Below, in pieces: positions 61,345 through 64,000 of a stretch of 64,000 nt of DNA; position 1 is the first letter of the stretch; each line of letters starts with the position of its first letter. Both the position numbers and the translations under genes were made by a program. The notes beneath the pieces were generated by a model that made no database searches, had not been told where the DNA came from, and saw only the letters and a program-made list of their open reading frames with translations. Origin of the DNA: Lepidodermella squamata (Eukaryota > Animalia > Gastrotricha); the NCBI GenBank assembly GCA_047495785.1, contig JBLDXI010000074.1:620001-684000 (forward strand). The letters are read 5' to 3'.

Positions 61345-63912
61345 ATGGAGCTGCCTTCTATCCGTCAAAGTGATCGGTAAGTAGATGATTGTACTTATTT
61401 GAATTGTTAAGAATATCTTTATTGTTTCAAGAAATATTTTTGTATCTACCGAGGCTGGGGCTTTGCAGCCATTCGTGGAGAAGCGCATTGAACGGGTATT
61501 AAGTTTTTCCTATATTTTGTCTTAAAATTGCTGATTCTTATTTTATCTGCAATGTAGCCTGTTGCATTCGATAATAAGCCTATTGTCGATCTGTGGCCAG
61601 CGTATGCCTCGGGCAACATAATTGGACCAGAGCATGCCGCTCTCGCAAAAGGAGTCACGCCTCCGAAGCTTATTACTGTTGAGGCTACTCGAAATCAGAT
61701 AGAAAGCCGTAGGAAGCCGAAATTTCTGCAAGAGCTGGAAAACTTTGTTGCTAGAGAAATGAAAACTATTGCGAACGTGAAAGACGATCGTCAACGAGAA
61801 CTAAGACTTCAGGTAATACTGTTACCAGTTTTTTGCAGTCTAAAAGCTCTAATTCATTTTTCAGGTGTATCGAGAAGTCTTCGAAGTATTAATTGAAGAT
61901 TTCCGAGCTTATCGGGGACTACTGGCTTCCATTAAAAACGAGTACGAGCTAATGATTGCATTTCTTCGTCAAAGGATACGAGATTTAGAACCTTTGCAAC
62001 AACTCATGACAACACAGGCTGCACAATGCGAACAAAAGATTCTTCAGATGGAGCAAGAAGAGAACGAAGGTAAGAAAGTGAAGAAACTTGAACAAACTTT
62101 TAAACTGATGTCGATATTCATAGAAATTGAGCATTTGAAGGCTGAAAATCGGAAGCTCCGCCAACGAATAGCGAATTTTAAGCAGGATGAACTTGCATGG
62201 CAAGAACAGATCAGAAAAATGCAGGAGGACTTGGCTGCCGAATATCAGCGTTATCGTGATGAGTGTGATGCTAGAAAGTTGCTTATTGCGGATATCAACG
62301 ATTTGAGGTAGATAACTTACCTTGCCGGGATAGGCTTATGGTTATAATTTTGTTGAATTCAGGTATCAACAAGAGGAAGCCCAACAAGCCGCTCTATTGG
62401 CCACGAAAAACAAAGGAGAAGGTGCAGAAGCTGATACCGAGCTGATGAAAATCGCTCTCAAGGAGGTGATTTTTCATTCACTTCAACCTCAAACATTGCT
62501 AAAGAATTGTTATTTGTTAGGCGAAAAAAGCCGAGGCTGAAGCTACCAGGAAACTCGACAAGATGGTGGCTGATTACGCCGATGTTGTACCCCGCCGAGA
62601 TTTCGAGAAAATAGACAAAGAATATGAAATTGCTAAAACTCAATTGGAAGCTACTGGAAAAGATTTTGCCACTCTTCACAGCGATCATAAGCAATTGCTA
62701 GAGGTAATATTTTTCCAATTAACTTGATGGATTTAATAAACTGTTCTTGTTTCAGACTTACAAAGAGCTGAAAGCTGAGGCTAAAACCCTTGCAAAAGAA
62801 TTTGAAGAACACAAAGGAGTATCAACCCCACGACCAAAATGGGTTAAAGTCGCTGGAGTTATCCACGGTGGGGCCGCTAAGTGGCAGAAACTCAGCGAAG
62901 GCAAAACTAGCGATCAATTGGTTGATGTTCTCGTCGACGAGCTCAAAAAATCAGGCGGTGTATCTGAAGATACAGCTCCTCTGTTTTTCAATGCGTTGGG
63001 TACTGATCATAATGTCCCAATTTATTTACGCTGCACTGGCAAGGTGAGAAATCGCCGATTAAGCAGGCGCGATTGTGCCTTCGAAATCAACTCGATCTGG
63101 GGAGCACGTATGGAAGCTGGTCCTGAGTCGCGGAGTTCGCAATCACTAGCCGAATTCTTCTACGAATACCTTCGAAAGCGTAACATGTCAGACATTATGG
63201 TTTACGAATGGGGCTATAACATTCACATGGCGTGTCAACGGCATCACGATGACGAGCGAATCCGACTTTTCTTCAACGTTCTAACCGGCCAAGCTGACGA
63301 AGAGCTGTACCACTATCAAACCTCTTTGTTTCAAAAAATTTTCGGAAAATTTGCCGCGGCTGATTCTGGCGCAGAAGGCTCGTTGACTATTGATACTATG
63401 CGATGGTCCTTGGCTGATATGTTTCCGGATAAAACTGACCAGAGGCTGGATGCTCTTATTCGTGCTGCTAAATTGCAGAATGATTGGCAGGAGGGTGAGA
63501 CACTTGATTATCGCCAGCTTTTCAACACGGACGATGAGGGGAATCTGGGCATTTTCTTGGAAGAGGTCAAAGACCAAATTGCGATCGAACGACAAGAATA
63601 CGTCGATGCTATCATTCAAAATCTGGGCGGGAGATCGTAAGTTGATCGAATATACTACAACTTCAGAATCGTAAAATTTAAATTTTTTCTACTTTTTTCA
63701 CCAGACTTGTCGAGCCCTCGCATTTGTTTGAAGCGATTCGAAGCGTTGACAACCAGATTACAGAAGGTCACCTCAAGCGATACGTTTGCTGGGCCTTCTC
63801 AGCGACACCATCCGAGCTGAATAACAGCCCTGCGTTGCCAACAAGTGACATACGAGATCGTCTTATCAATGGATGCGTATTCAAAGTTGGAAGATCTATT
63901 TCTAACCTATAG
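61345..63912 (+). CDS. TSNAXIP1: Translin-associated factor X-interacting protein 1, multi-exon
   Basis: KPKFLQELENF, ELRLQVYREVFEVLIEDFRAYRGLLASIKNEYE, DVVPRRDF, STPRPKW, VPIYLR, EWGYNI. Confidence 0.88.
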
Positions 63913-64000
63913 CCTAAAAATACTCTAATATTTTCACCCGAGAGCTATCACTCATTTATTTTGCCTTAATCCCTTGGTTTTTCAGCTACTTTCATGTTGG

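Noticed and set aside
62311-62356. U1 snRNA or SL RNA gene
   Set aside because: Only a short 5' match inside a ~55-nt intron; the rest of the RNA is absent
9824-63912. Functional germline/cilia gene cluster (CCDC77, TPX2, RNF212, CDK10, PRKDC, TSNAXIP1)
   Set aside because: Interspersed with unrelated metabolic genes in mixed orientation; explainable by gene density
1-64000. CRISPR arrays, rRNA, tRNA or prokaryotic systems
   Set aside because: None seen; the sequence is intron-rich eukaryotic DNA

Overview
Compact, AT-rich eukaryotic (invertebrate animal-like) genomic window. Most introns are short (~50-60 nt) GT-AG introns, so the ORF track splits nearly every gene. By-eye exon assembly gives 12 conserved genes: DOP1/Dopey (-, runs off the left edge), CCDC77 (-), TPX2 (-), kappaB-Ras/NKIRAS (+), a CAP/SCP protein (-), RNF212-like (-), PEDS1/TMEM189 (+), CDK10 (+), HPDL-like (+), two tandem SLC26A11-like transporters (-), a divergent ~3560-aa DNA-PKcs/PRKDC (-) and TSNAXIP1 (+); counting the SLC26 pair separately gives 13 loci. 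There is also a candidate 67-aa orphan gene. Non-coding features: a ~3.95-kb foldback palindrome (5.45-9.41 kb) containing a perfectly identical 122-bp island, a 180-bp TA-flanked MITE, and LINE, MULE and hammerhead-like remnants in PRKDC introns. Most interesting leads: (1) an intact DNA-PKcs that appears to lack the ABCDE autophosphorylation region; (2) an operon-like TPX2-CCDC77 pair with an unpaired splice acceptor, suggesting spliced-leader trans-splicing; (3) the giant palindrome; (4) a minimal hammerhead ribozyme motif. All homology calls come from recalled motifs, not database searches.
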